Shown: one piece after another, positions 39,501-54,500 of the stretch | How positions within the stretch are numbered: the first letter of the stretch is position 1 | Layout of the letters: each line of letters opens with the position of its first letter | NCBI GenBank assembly: GCA_002633005.1 | Contig: NMRA01000016.1 | Coordinates: 652,443 to 716,442, forward strand | Source of the DNA: Phoronis australis | Taxonomy: Eukaryota; Animalia; Phoronida | Direction: 5' to 3' | DNA length: 64,000 bases | Notes under the pieces: model-generated | Seen by the model: the letters and a program-made list of their open reading frames with translations, nothing else | Told to the model about the DNA's origin: nothing | The model's database searches: none | Program-made: the position numbers and the translations under genes

Positions 39501-42500
39501 TGGGTTATCATGAAACTGTCCCTGTAACCGGTCGAGTTCCAGGCTCCCGATTGTTCAAGTCGGCAACTGTGTCCAGCCACCAGGTTAGGTCGGAGTTCAA
39601 TCTTTTTTATTCTACAGGAACGGTTCTATCGCCTGTGAGTTCGATTTTCAATACTATGGGCGAGATCGGAAGGACCTCCAAGGCTGCTTCACGAAAGCGT
39701 TCACGACCGGTAAAATGGGAGAGATTGAGTTGAATGTCAAGGAGAAAGCGACCGCGCTCTTTGACAAAATTAAATGTAAGTAGCAAGCTTAGAGGTGGAA
39801 ACAAAATGTACTTAGACCCTTTAACAGTAATAGGTATGTCACCATATTGCCTATCGAAACACACAATACCCACAAGCACGAGTGTAGGGCAACACATCGC
39901 TGATGTATCTAGCTTAAACGACTGTAGGAATGTATGCCAAGTCAGGAACAACGTTATTTCAAATCTTGAAATTTTCACCTTTCCAGATCAGTACGACAAC
40001 TCAGTACCATGGCCGAACTGCACCCAGACATGTGGCGTTGAACTCATCAACAGAACCCGTCCTTGCGTGGATCAGTTGAATCGTGTATGGAAATACAACT
40101 TTTGCGGTTCCCGTGAACGCGCCATTGAGTTCAGCAGCAGTCGCTGCAGACTCAAACCGTGTCGTTGTACCGCCAACCCTTGTGCCACCAATCCGTCGTT
40201 ATGTACAAGAAAAGTATATCCTGGGAACAAGTGCTTCGTTGACAGTGGTTGTCAGCACCACTGCTCATGTGACAATGCAGCGTACTTCTTTGCAACTCCA
40301 GACGCTAAAGGATGCAAATGTAAGAATGCACCAGACTCTGTAGAAATGATCTCCTGGGTTACCTACGCATAGTTGCTGTTTACCGAACTACGTGATTCAT
40401 GCATTTTTGTAAAGACATTTGGTCTTATGGTTCATTGACGTGGTGTGCCCATCAGGCCAGTGGCCGTGAAGCTGGGTCAGATGAAATGTACCCCTCAGTA
40501 ACTAAGAATATGATGGAAAACTTAGGTAAACCAGTTGCTCAAGAATAAACTGGTTCTGCACCCAAGTAAATGAATCAACTCATGGCTAGAGCTGTTTCGA
40601 AAACAATTTAAAGATGCAGTGATTGGGTGTTAATCATTTCCAACGTGTCTGTACCTAATTGACTTGCCCTAGAATACATAGACAAGGGAAGGAACCGGTT
40701 TTAAGTTAACGCTTGAATTCGTCCCTATGCGTTACTTGCTTTTTGTCTATCGTGTATTGAATTTCCACAACTACACGGTCCATTTTAATCTTCCTTCAAG
40801 ACGAAAACAATGTAAAACGTATCATCTTAGCAACCCAAATTCATGGGAGGACGGTCATTACCTACTTATTGGTTGATCTTTGAATATCAAAATTACACAT
40901 ATTCTCTACATGTACATTCTTATTTTACAGATGAAAATCCTTGCAATATCGACAACGAGTGTTACGACCGTGGAAACAATGTTGCCCGTTTTGGAGTGGA
41001 TGCGACGAGAGGCAAAGACGGATGTAAACGAGTTAAGCCAGGGACGACATATGAATGCATTCCATTACCAGGGTACACATTCGCTGGAGCAGATCGTAGG
41101 GAGCTTGTTGGTAAGTAAATGATAACGAGTTACTGGTCACGGGGGTAATTCCTTAGCTTGCTGTCTTTACTTTCTTTTTGTAACAAGACAGCTGATTTGA
41201 TACAAGCAACCCGACGATGGTCATGAGGACATTGCATTGCAATACCGTTTCTCTGTTTCATATATCACCATCAATCACCTTCGTATTGGACTTTCAATGA
41301 CGTTGGTCAATGCGACGCAAACTGCATTCTGAAAGATCACCGATTCAAATCCATGAAGTGACAACCAAGCGCCAATAATGATACTAATGATAATATAAGC
41401 AACAGTACTGATAAGGAAGTTGACACTATTGATGATAATGATAATGACAAAAATGATTGTCAACAACGTCGAGTATATCACTGAACAGTGCTCATCTACC
41501 AGCCGTTGAGGGACAGAGAAATAGATCACGGAAATATCGTGGCATATGCGATGCAAACAGAGAGAACTTTGAATAACTGAATTGCTTAACTTGTCGCAGA
41601 ATTGCATATTGGTAGAAAATGATACTTGTTAAACCTGAGCTATCTAAAGCATTCGCAATGACACTAAGTAATTTGGTGTGTTTACCTGCTCTTCAGATAT
41701 TGACGAATGCAAACTGGGTACAGATAAATGTGACAAAGATTCCACCACTTGCTCCAATACCGACGGAGGCTATAAGTGTCCATGCAAAGCGGGCTATCAG
41801 CCATACGAAGGCGTCGTAGAAAGTTATGTCGGTAGACGATGTTGCAAAGGTCAGTATTGGCAGAAATCACAACACTTTGATAAGTTTTCAGAACCTAAGC
41901 TTGCCACTAATACTAAAATTACTAAATGTTATTAGCATTACTAATATGTCTCACAGTATTATTAATAATATCAAAATTACCACTAAAAACATTAGAATTC
42001 ACAAATAAAAATACAAATAGTTAACGTTTGCTTATCATGAAAGCGACTACAAAATACGTTCCTTCACAAAAACTTTCGATTTAGATGACTTAGCTTTACG
42101 AAATTGTTTTTTTCAGTCAAACTGAGTATATTTTAGGGACCTTGAAAGATCTGACTGTTCGTTATCATTTGAAACCAGACTCTAAAAGGATTACTTTTGA
42201 CGGCGAGCATAGTATCAATGAATAAATAAAAAGATGGCCATCAGGAACATTACCTTTTGTGCAACACAACAGTTATTTAATCTGGTTTGTTAGATTAGTT
42301 ACCAAAACAAAAAAGGTCCTGACTCAGACTAAAAAGTATTTCCGAGCTTACCAACAAACTCTAGCGCTTTAGTCATTGAGACAGAACTAAAATGTAGTTG
42401 TTTTGACATCACGTCGCATTCTTGGCTCCGACCATGGCCTTAAGGAATAAGGGACCGTCATCTCTTGGCGAGTTCAGAAACCAAAGTAAGAAACACGTTC

Positions 42501-45500
42501 AGCATAGTTCTATAACAGTAACCAATTTCAAATGAATAAAAATTTCGTTGATAGAAGCCTGTATTACACTGTTTTGGATTATGACACAACCTTGTGACCG
42601 GTCTATTTAATCTCCCCTTTAGTATATGTCTTCCCTTCAAAGTTTCTGAGGGACAAATGACAACCTTTTTATGATTTTTTGACCATAAAGAAGGGTCATA
42701 ATTTATCGCACCTCCCCTATAACAAGATCGGACACAACTACAGAAAATTACTTCACAACTGTATTTTGCATCATTTCAGATCGTCTAATAACTCCTTTTG
42801 GAAACGAGGTGGACAGTGGAAGCATATCAAAACTAGATGTGTCTCATCCATTGGCGGGATCACAGTTCGCCAGAGTTAACTTTGCCACTCTCAGCGGAAC
42901 TTTCATATTCCTCCGCCCGGGCGAAATAAAACGGGCAAGGGCAAAACTCGGGGGCACAAAGTCATTCCCAAGACCTTTTGAAAACTTGTGCAAACTCATG
43001 ACGATGTCGAAAGACACAGTTAGTGCAGGCGTGTTCCCATACTGGACAACGGTACGGAAGGGTACACTATACTTCAACGAATATCGTTTTGATAACAAAG
43101 ACCCAAAGAAAGACGAAGTGTTCACTATGGTGTCTGAGACGGTCGATTCTGCGGGATCCTTCGAGCCTAAACACGTAATGATCTACACGTGGGCAGGTCT
43201 CACTGATAGGCAAAGTGCAAAGTCTAACGAGAGGACCATAACCTACCAGCTCTTGCTAGCCACCGACTATGTGAATACTTACAGCTTTGTATTGTATAAG
43301 GACTGTCACATGAATTGGAAGCCCCGAGGTCTGTCTAAGTTGAATCAGTACTTCCAACTTCAATTAGGCTATGGAGTGAACGTCATCGACGGACCTGGAA
43401 GCATGTGTGAAGAGTTTCCCAACGCCTACCTTAATTACACCCAGGACCAAAATGAGGTACTTCTGATGGATAAGCAGATCACGACACCAGGAGGACAACC
43501 GGGGGTCACTGTGTCCAAACTAAGCAACAACGATCCCAAAACATTCCAACACAGTGGATACGAGTGTTTAAAATGGCTGCAAGCGGATGAAAGCAGAACG
43601 TTCGATTTTAATGAAACATCCTGCGATCAAGTACCCACGACCGTTGATCAAGTTGACGAGGCCTACTGGCAGAAAATTAATGACACGAGGCTTAGGGATA
43701 TCACGTGTTACGTGAGAGGTCACAAGAGAGGATGCTACAAGAAGAATGGAAAACTCCTAAGACGGAACTTCAGACAGACGCAGTTCCACAATATTTTACG
43801 GAGAAGAGAGGCTGGTGATGAAGAAGATTTGTTGGCGGCCGAACACTGCTGCTCCTCGTTGAACATAAGATCTTTAGCCAGCTCTCCGTCTCTTTGCAAG
43901 CAGTTCCTGGCAAGACGACCACTTTGCAGCAGCAAAAAGTTTTCAGCGAAACGCCTAGGTTTGTATTAGTATTTATATTCTCTAATACGTGGGCCCCTTG
44001 GAAGGTTGGGAATTTAATAGGCTAAATGAGAAATTGAGCCACTTATTCAAGAGCATTAAGGCTGTTAGTGTTATTTGATGTATTGGAATGATGCCACTGG
44101 CTTCATTCGTATGCCTAACATAATCTCACCTTCTCTACAGCTAACTCTGTTGGTGATCCACATATTGCAACTTCCGATGGATTCGCTTATTCCTTCAACG
44201 GTCACGGTGAATACCTGATGGTAAACCACTCCAAGTTCGTGCTCCAAGGTAGGACTCAAAAGGTCATGAAGAACAACACGGAGAGGTGCGCCACCATTTT
44301 CTCTTCGGTCGTGGCACAGCAGCTCAGCCCTCAGAGTGACGTGGTTGAGTTCAGGATGAACAGCACTGGTGATGGAATTGGTAAGAATGTTATGCAACTC
44401 GATGCGAAGTCGATTCAGCTGTAGCAGTGTATGCAAATATTGTGTGACAAAATCACTGTTATGGAAGTCATAAACATCCAGTCCGCTGTTTCGTCGCCCC
44501 CAAGTCACAGACCGTTGAAAAATAATTCAATGTACTTTCCTCCTTGATTGATTTGATGGGGAGGGTAACTACAACTCCAGATTACTTTGTACACAAGTGT
44601 GAGCACTCGTCTCGCTTTCCTGCTTCTTCTTGCTAAGCCTGTGATTTTCCTTCCTGTGCGAAACTTCTTATGAGGGATAGTAGACGTAATTCTGAAGTGA
44701 GTTTCGAAAATCACATACATGTTAGTGTGTACTTCTGTTGATCATCATTTTTGGCGTAGTGAAGAATTACGTAGCCGTTACCGGCATCACGATATTGTTG
44801 TTATCACTGCCAATGCACTTTTGTAGATGTGTATCGGAACAAGGCTTTGCAGGCATCGGCTGGTCAGGACATTCTAACCGCAGAACTGGAGTGGACGCAG
44901 GTCAAGATAACTAGTCAAGACGAGGCTGGGACGCGGAGTTACCTCATGAAGTTCTCCGATGAGGAAAAGGTCAAAATATCCATCTCGTTTGGCATGATGA
45001 CTGTTGCTTTGGTTACCCCTGGAGCTTGGAGTGGACAGCTGCAAGGCATGCTGGGTAACGCTAATGGTGACCCCAGCGACGACATCGTAAACCCAGATGG
45101 ATCGCCTGTGGTCAATGGAATTAATTCTACGGAAGAAGAGTTGTATACATGGGGCCAAAAATGTAAGTTGGATTGCGAACTATTTGTTAAAGTTTTCAAC
45201 ACCACTGTTTGATAAACGAAATTTCAAAAAGATTTTGTTAAATAAAACAATGGTTTTTGGGAGGAATGTTCAAACGCATGCTTATTCTTACAAGCCCAAG
45301 CATTCATGTACTCACCCGAATTGTTATTTAAATTTGTGTACCCGGCTTATACTAAGGTACACTCTACAGTAAACAAACATGAGAGGGATAAGTAATCGGT
45401 TAAGTTTTGAAAAGACAAGAAACCTTAAAGAGCAGATTGCATCGCGGAACGAAAAAATTCAGTATTAAGTCACTTTTGTTTTATTTTTGGAAATACTTTT

Positions 45501-48500
45501 GTTATACGGTAGCATCCAAGTGGTGCTGCAAGGGCTGGGTACGAACTCCTATTACTGAGAACACAACGGTGTGTAATGGCCACCGAAAACGCTTTGTCGA
45601 ATAGCGTGCTCTTGGACTGACAGCACATGCAATATCATTAGCAATGATGTAGTGTGCTCCTTAAATAACGGAACACTGTTTTCTATAGTCAGTTAGATCG
45701 AAAGCTAGAACGGTGTAACTCGTTGCAATTCTCTTGTGAAGTGTGGGAGAAAGCAAAACATATAACAAAGCAACGTTTGCTGTTTAATTTGTTAAACGAA
45801 ACCATTTCTCCTTAGGGCGAATAACTAGCATGAGTGACTCGATGTTCCAATATGGCGTCAACGAAAACCTAACCACTTTCTACGACTCCGCTTTCCAACC
45901 GTGTTTCTTCAATCCCAACCTTACTCAGATGTTCCCCGACCAGACACTGCGCACGCAGGCACTCGGTGCCTGCAACGGTGGAGCAGAGGATAGTGATCCG
46001 AGCCAGAGGCGAGAGTGTTACTTTGACTTCTTGGCGACCGAGAACGCAGCTGCTAGTGCCAGTACTTCGTCCCAGAAGACTGAGTTGGCCAGCGAGCAAG
46101 AGAAGTTGTGTAAGTTCGTAGCAGTAGAAGACTCCAGTCATTCTTACTAATGAAAATTGTACGACACATTTGAACGCATTGAGTGCCATCGTTAATCGTC
46201 GTTGATAATGCCTCGTCAGTAAAATCAGATGCGTTCATGATGTGCTAAATTATTAGGTAACGCGTACGGTTGTTGAATAACCTCAGTATACTCGTTCACC
46301 ACAACATTTATCTTTCATTGCAGCCAACTACGCACCAAGTATAAACAACACAGAGGAGCTTCAAGTTGTTGTTGGCCAGTCCTACTCCAACCTGGCAACA
46401 GTGCTGGCTACGGACGAGAACGACGGTGACACCGTCACAATCTCGTTAAACAGTGATGTGCCCACTGGAGTAGCTATCGACGCCGCCACCAACGTGTTGT
46501 CATGGACAAGCGTACAGTACACGGCCAACGCCTCCATTATTATCACCGCCACTGACCAGAAGGGAGCAGCGTCATCGTGGGAACCGACAATCAGGCTGTG
46601 CAACTGTCAGGTAAACGCTGTGTCCTTTCTCACAATATGGTGAAGTGAGGACTCCTTTTACGTGTAGCTTAACACGGGAGTACCTCCGTAGATAGCATAT
46701 TAAAGTGGTTTTTAAATTTTTCAAATTTCTCAACAGTAAAAACAACTAAAACAATTTACGAGCTCCAGTTGAGATTTCACTGAACCATCAGGAAAGAGCA
46801 TTTAGTAAAATTCGTACCAAACATGGGCAGAAGCCCAAAGTTCTTTTCGACAAATCATTCTCAAAACTCAAGTTTAACACGGCTGTTTCGATGACACGTT
46901 AACCTTGACATTCTGGACAATGCTATATTTTTGACGTAAAATATATCACTCATAGGATTACGTGACGGCATTGATAGCGACAGATGAATTACATTAGGGA
47001 CCGTTCACAATTAACCTCATTTCCATGGGCTTACAAAAATGTGCGTTTTAATCTTCAGAATGGGGGAACGTGTCGCTTTGAAGAAACCAGTGTGGACACA
47101 TTCTTTGTCGTCCCATGCGCATGTCCAAACGGTTACGAAGGCGACTTTTGTGAATCTGACATCGACGGTTGTGCGGATGCTCCGTGTTACACGGGAGTTA
47201 CATGTACGGACATCAAGGCGACCGAACTGACAGTGAATGGATCACAGTATGAGTGCGGACCATGTCCAACTGGCCTAGTTGGTGACGGCACAACTTGTAC
47301 CCCCAGAAATGAATGCGAAGAAGACCCGACTATATGTAAGTAAAAAGGTTGCATTGGTAACAGGAGCGATACCAGACTTTATGGCATTCATGTAAACGTC
47401 CTAACGCATGGATTGGACGCCGGAGCACACGTTGGACACTTGCGGTTGAAAGTGTCACTTGAAAGCAATCCCATCAGTCACAAGTATTCAGCAGATACGA
47501 GAACAAAGATTTTGTCAAGTCGCGTGGAAAAACTTTGTGTCCACTGAATTCCCAGTGCGCCAATGGATGCGGACATTTCCATTATCCGTGGCTCTGATTC
47601 GTCAATTAGCAATAAACATGCGTTGGATATTGTGTCATGGGCAGTCTGTGTATAAACAGCAAAATAATCATGCTAATTAAGCTATACTGGTGGTGAAAGC
47701 TAACGATCACCTGTTTAGCTTGTGTGCCTTCATGATATCTCACGAATATTTACGTGATCTTGCTATACTACCAAAAATAGTATATTGGAACGCAGTCCAT
47801 TTTCTTTTTAAATTTCTGTTGTTATGATTATCACCAGGCAACCAGATCTGCGTCGACCTTGCCAATGGGTACGAGTGTCAATGTAACGCCGGCTATTCGC
47901 TCATCAGTACCAGCACGTGCGCTGACGTGGATGAGTGTGCCAAGGGAACCCATGATTGCGACACCAACGCCAACTGTGTGAACACCGAGGGTAGCTTCAA
48001 TTGTTCTTGCAAGAGCGGATACACAGGGACAGGTACAGACTTTTGTGAAGTTTCTCAATTTGAAAACGCAAACCTGAATCTGGCTTGCAGCACTATCAAC
48101 TTTTCAGTTAGAGCACTGCGCACTCCATTTTGATCTCTTCCAAGGCCTTACACAAAATCTCGACCTTTTCGGTTGGTCACATACATGGGCAATCAAATAC
48201 GGACTTAGATTATTAATTAATCTGTGTAAACCGCAATGTACTAGAGCATAATAGACACTTTTCTGGAGTTCGTACGGAAAACGTCAAAAATGCTTTCGAG
48301 TACAAAGATTAGACCCTGGACCCAATAGTTTTTAGTTGCACACAGGTATACGAAATACTGAAAAAGTAATTTCAATTTCTACACTAGGCAAACAGGATGC
48401 TTGTGTAAACGTTGACGAATGCTCTGAGAATCCAAACCTGTGCGGCGCCAACTCGTGGTGCTCAGACAACGAGGGCAGCTATGAGTGTGTATGCGACACG

Positions 48501-51500
48501 GGTTATAAGAAGAACTCCGGCGGAGAGTGTGTGGACGTAGACGAGTGTCTTACAGACAACAACTGTAAACAGGTGAGAATCGTCAGTTCGTTGAGGTTTA
48601 CATGCATGAATCCAAGAACACGTTGTGAAAGGCTGGCTTGCCTGACCACTTAGGCAGCGGGGCCTCATGTCTGCAAAGTTTGCTGAAGTGGGTGTGTTGA
48701 TCTTTGGATTCCAACCTTAAAAGACACTCTCTCAAACCCTCTGTAGATTTTTCGATTCCTCAATAAAAAAACAATAGAGCAGATCACCAAATGGCAAAAC
48801 AAATAACGTTGAGATGCAAAAATGAGGGCTGTATCTTAGACACGTGTCTTAAGTGGGCACGTGCAATGAACTTGTGACCAGTCAACTCTGTGAGTCGTGT
48901 CTTCAGCCAATAAATGATCTACCACGACATACTTACGTCTCATAGTCACGTGAGTTTTTGCTGAACATGACATTCCAAAAGATATGCAAGCTTTAATAAT
49001 AAATACAAATAGATAATGGGACAGTGGTGTGGGGTCGGAATCGTGCGAACTAAGTTCCGCAAAACAGAAAAGCCGACACCTAACTTAAGCTTTAACAGGC
49101 CCATTACAACTGACACTGTGGTTTGATTTCACTGCTCACACTCAACAAGTCTATCAGCTAATTTGAGGAACTGAGCAGGTGTTGGTTATGGCAGTTTTCA
49201 CTGAAACTGCTTCCAAAGCACTAGTTATGTAATATTTGCGGGACACTCCAATTCGGCCTCAAAATAATCCTTAGATGTGAAATCAATGCATTTGATGTTC
49301 TTCAATCACTGCAAGTTACCATTGCTTTTGTAGAACTGCGTCAACAAACCAGGGAGTTATAGCTGCGGTTGCGACTTGGGCTTTGTGTTGAATCAAACCG
49401 ATCTCGTCACTTGTGACCCAAGTCAAACGTGCTCGACTGAGCAGCGCAATAAATGCGACGGAGGAAATAGTCGCGCGACATGCGCTGTCGACCCCAACAA
49501 TCCTGGAGGCAATCCTCTGTGCTACTGTCCTGCGGGTTATGCTTTGAACAGCAACACTTTCCTGTGCGAAGGTAGAGCAACATTATAACCAATGTACATG
49601 TTCTCCAAATTGTATACAGGATGATACATGTATGACAACTCAACCTTTAGCGATTCAATCATGTGTTGTTGCTTCATGGTAACGTTTGAAAAATAAACAT
49701 CTCATTATCTTGAAAGTTTCATTTAGACAAAGATTGTGTGGCTTCTCTTTTTCACTAGTATTTTGCCTAGGAATATTCTCACAGCTGTTGTTTGTGACAA
49801 AAGCCATGTCAATTCTTCTTCCAGACATAGATGAATGTGCCACCAACACAGACAAGTGTTCCTCCTCTGCCGTTTGTGTCAATACTGACGGCGACCACCT
49901 GTGTAATTGCCAAAGTGGTTACGAGCACGATGTTGACGATATTTTCAACAGAACATGCGTTGGTGAGTTGACTCTGTAGAGTCTGCTTCTCAAAACAAAT
50001 GCCGAGTGAATTGATGTAGACGAACCTGTATAACCACAGCTGCCCATTTTATCGAAATCTATGTAATGTAGCACGTGCCCTAGCAACGACGCTAATTTGA
50101 CACTTTTTGTATAAGCCTAGCCCCTGCACTTCAAGGAGTATAAAGATTCACATTTCTTCTATTTTTTACATTAATAAGGATCAGAGCACACTCATATCTG
50201 GTGATGCTCTTAAAGTGCTCACACAATTGTACTCAATAGCCTAAGTAAATGTATTAAGCATTTTTTTATGCCTTTACCAGATGTTTGCTCATTAGAAGTT
50301 TTGCTTATTTTGGGGACCTCATTTTTATTTTGAAGCACTTAATCCACTTATTCTCTCCAACTTTATATGATTATGGTATGTTTTCAAGTCCACTTTGAGC
50401 GACTGATTAGACAAAACGTTGCAACAATGCTAACCACAGAATGACAACAGAAAATAGACTCGTGACATACTAAATTCCCAATTCATTTACACACCTCTTC
50501 TTGCCAGACATCGACGAGTGCACGTCAAGCTCATCTCCTCACCAATGTTCTCAACAATGTCAGAACACAGTGGGAAGTTACTCCTGCTCCTGCCCGTCAA
50601 CCTCCACGCTCGCCTCCGACAAACGCTCTTGCACTGGTAGGTATAAGTCAATTTGTTAACTTGTCATTGTTGTTTTTTAAATTTCGGATACTTCATTTCG
50701 GTCTTTGAATATCCCCTACCTTCGTCATGACATTTTGATTTTCATGCTGACAGGCATTGACTCCAACCAGTTGACCTTTCCAAAAATAGAAGAAAGCCAC
50801 GCCTCTTTGGTACCATTAGAACAACTGAAACTAGCAATGAATGGAGTCGTGGAGTTGCGATATTTTTATTGCTATATTTGCACTGTGCTAACCTTCTCGC
50901 AAGTTTTCGCCCTTTGCGCAATTGGAAACGGCACAAACAAAACTTCTGATGTATTCCCTGGATTCTTAGTACCTCGTGTCAACAGCGTTTTTGGATAAGC
51001 TGTTGATTGTTTCTGTAATGACAGTCGACGTCATATCATCGTGCAATCGCACAACGGTTTAGTTCGGTCACTTCAAGACTCTTCTCTAAGCTGAACAATG
51101 TGGAAATGATTATTCTTTGAATTTCGAAGGCCGTGTAGTTCCTAGGCAACTGAATATCGCCATCGTCTGCTCATTTCTAGACATCGACGAATGTAGCGCC
51201 GACTCGACGAACAACTGCGATAAGACCTACGGCATCTGCACTAACTCGGATCCTGGATTCAAATGCTCTTGCAAGGCGGGGTACACGGGAGATGGTGTCA
51301 ACTGTTTCGATCTGGACGAGTGCAACCAACCAGACAGAGGCGGATGTTCACAGGGCTGTAACAACAATGGAGGAAGCTTTCAGTGTTACTGTTACCCTGG
51401 TTACAAGCTGAATGTCGACGGGAAAACATGCGCAGGTCAGTTCATGAGGTGCACAAAGATAAGACCCACGTCAGGAGAATGTACAACCACCAAATTCACG

Positions 51501-54500
51501 TGTCGAAATTACGGAAAAGTTAGATTTTGTTAATTTAGACAATATAGGGCTGGTATAAATTTAGATTTCACCCTAAGAAAAAATGAATGTCGAATCGAGC
51601 AGCACAATTTAAATTTCTGTGTAAATTACTTGCAGATATCGACGAGTGCACTGACGGAACTAACAAGTGCTACTCCAACGACAAGTGTACCAACACAATA
51701 GGGAGCTACACGTGCTCATGCCCAACAGGCTACACGCTCAAATCAGACGGAATCACGTGTGAATCCATCAACAAGTAAGTGCTATGTACACATATTGTCA
51801 AGAAAACAATTAATATACTTGGTAAAGGTCGTTGAATTTTTAGTCTTTGGATCCAGCGCCATGTTAATCGTTCTTCATAACCAAACCTGATACACTTGGG
51901 CAGGCCGACTGCAATGCTGGTCAAAAGGAAATGAACAGGTTTTAAAATTGGCAAGTGCTCACGGCAATGAGTAAAGTGGCTTGTCTTAAGATTCACTCAC
52001 TGTGCTAAGATGTTTTCGGCTTACTATCAATGATTTCTCGGTTACTTCTGGAAAATGTGTGACTACATGTCCTACAATCTATTGGCGCGGTTGAAGTTTA
52101 ACTGTGTAAGTCTTTGACAGATCTATAGGATCTTGTGAAAGGGGAGCAAACACGGAAGTAATATATTCGCGGAGCCTTTGACTGCATATGACATGCCGGC
52201 GGCTTTCTTTTGGTCTGGATGTGAAAGGGATTGATCACTCTGGTTGGCTATGTAAGCATCTTGGGCACGGTTCTAAGTAGTATTTTCAACGTGGTTATTT
52301 TAAAAAAGTATTAGAAAGGTCCAGCTTGCAGTCTGTAGTCACTGTTGGCTCTAACGAACTGACAACAAATTCAACAATTGTCTTGCCCAGGTGCGTGAAT
52401 GAAAGTGCGTGTAGCCACACCTGCTCACCTGTAAATGGTACCGACACGTGTCAGTGTCCTCGGGGGATGCAGCTTGACCCGTCCAACAAATACAAATGCG
52501 TAGACGTGGACGAGTGCTCCGACCCGTCCCTGCACAACTGCCTGGCTCAGAACAACGTGAAATGTGTGAACGTGGAGAAGAGCTACAAGTGCGAATGCAC
52601 AGACTCCAGCAAGTTCTACCAACTGGAGGATACCAAGTGCGCCAATATTGACGAATGCCAGACTGGCGCTTACTCGTGTCCAAACAACTCCATGTGTGCT
52701 GACGCCAACCCGGGTTACACGTGCCCTTGCAAACAGGGTTACTATTCCTCAGGAGGGAATTGTATTGGTGAGTTGGCGTTACAATCAAAGCAGTGAGAGA
52801 AAAAAAACTTTGAACAACCAACGAACTTCCATGACTTATCAAATTTGTAGTGCCCTCCTTAAGTGCAGTTTGTCTACTTCTCCACAGTGATTGAATTGAG
52901 TTTGAACTTGCTTCCTTTTAGACATAGACGAATGTTCTGTCGGACCCATAGATTGTGACGCTACCCTCGGGGTTTGTACCAACACTGAATCATCTTACAC
53001 GTGTTCGTGTAAGGCTGGTTACACCGGCAACGGAATCACATGTACAGGTGAGTTTTTGTGGCTGTCTAATCCTCATTCTGAAATTCCACAACGCATCAAA
53101 TTAACACATAAATAGGGCACTTTCCTAGACGTTGACATGCTAATAGTCAGATTACATCACGATTCTTTTGCCATGCATCCGGGCAAACAAATTTTCTGCT
53201 GCACAATCAGTTGCCGAGCACTGACATAAACAAATCTGGGAATTTGGTGAATGATGCGTGATATATCGCGCTTTACTTCCCCGACTCGTAAAAAGTACCG
53301 CGTGACACACCTTAACACGTTTTTTTTTACCTTCGGGAACTAGAAGAGTTGAATTTTGGACGAAGCTATTAGGTTGCACCTGCGCAAGAGGTACTCCGTA
53401 CTCCTAATCTACGTGTGTCTTTTTGTTGAGTCTACGGGGTTTTTTTGGATAATTTAAGTCTTGACGTTGTGCCCCTGCAAGTTTTGTTCTAGCCTTTGAT
53501 TTATTATCCCTTGATCATTGCTGCAGATGTCAACGAATGTGCTAACAACCCGTGTGACAATCGCGAGGGTCGTGGCTCCTGTAACAACACTGAGGGCAGT
53601 TACACATGCGCCTGCAACACTGGCTACGTTAGGAACGCTGACGGGAAAACGTGCGATGGTAAATACATTTTGAAGTACCATTAAAACAAAAAAAAAATCA
53701 TATTCCTGTTCTAAATTCTTCCTGGCATTAACGACAAATGGTTCGATTGAATACGTGAGTACACCGTTTATTGAATCTCAGTTGCGACTATCATGACGAG
53801 TCAATTGATAATATTGACTGTGTTCAACTTTGGAAACAAAAGGCAATGCCTCCTAAGTATCGGCATACTCTTCAAATGCACACATTTCTCACGTACATTT
53901 TGAGTTTCGCTAAAGCAAGATCAGGCAACAACGTAATGCAGCAATATTGCACGTTTATCTAGATGTTAACGAGTGTCAAACCAATAATGGCGGGTGCCAA
54001 CAAGTGTGCACCAACTCTGACGGTAACTACAAGTGTGCCTGCAATGAGGGATTCCAGTTGGCGGCTGACCAGAAGAACTGCGTGGGTAAGAATGACTTGG
54101 GCTATCTTGATCTTCTTGTTGAGACCTTTTATCCTTACAGGCACTAATAGAATGAAACTGGAAAACTGTCATTACATGTATGATATACATTGACGTCAGA
54201 CGTCTTTAACTTCAAAAAACACATGCCTACTTCCACAATCTTCAATTTCTTTTTGGTATGCTCCCTTGCAAATTTAATGCAGTTCATTAAGGTGCTGGTT
54301 GTTTATGCTGCCGGTTTGTGTATTAGCATCAGAAAACTTAATTCAAGTGTTTGATTGCCGGAGAGATCATTTTAACTTGCAATCCTTGATTAATTCTAGC
54401 CAAGTCGCAGTGCTCGGATGCCAAACAGAAGCAGTGCCAGATCTGCAGTCGAGTGAATAGCTCAGAGATTTGCTCCTGTCCGGCTGGTTACTCTTTGAAA

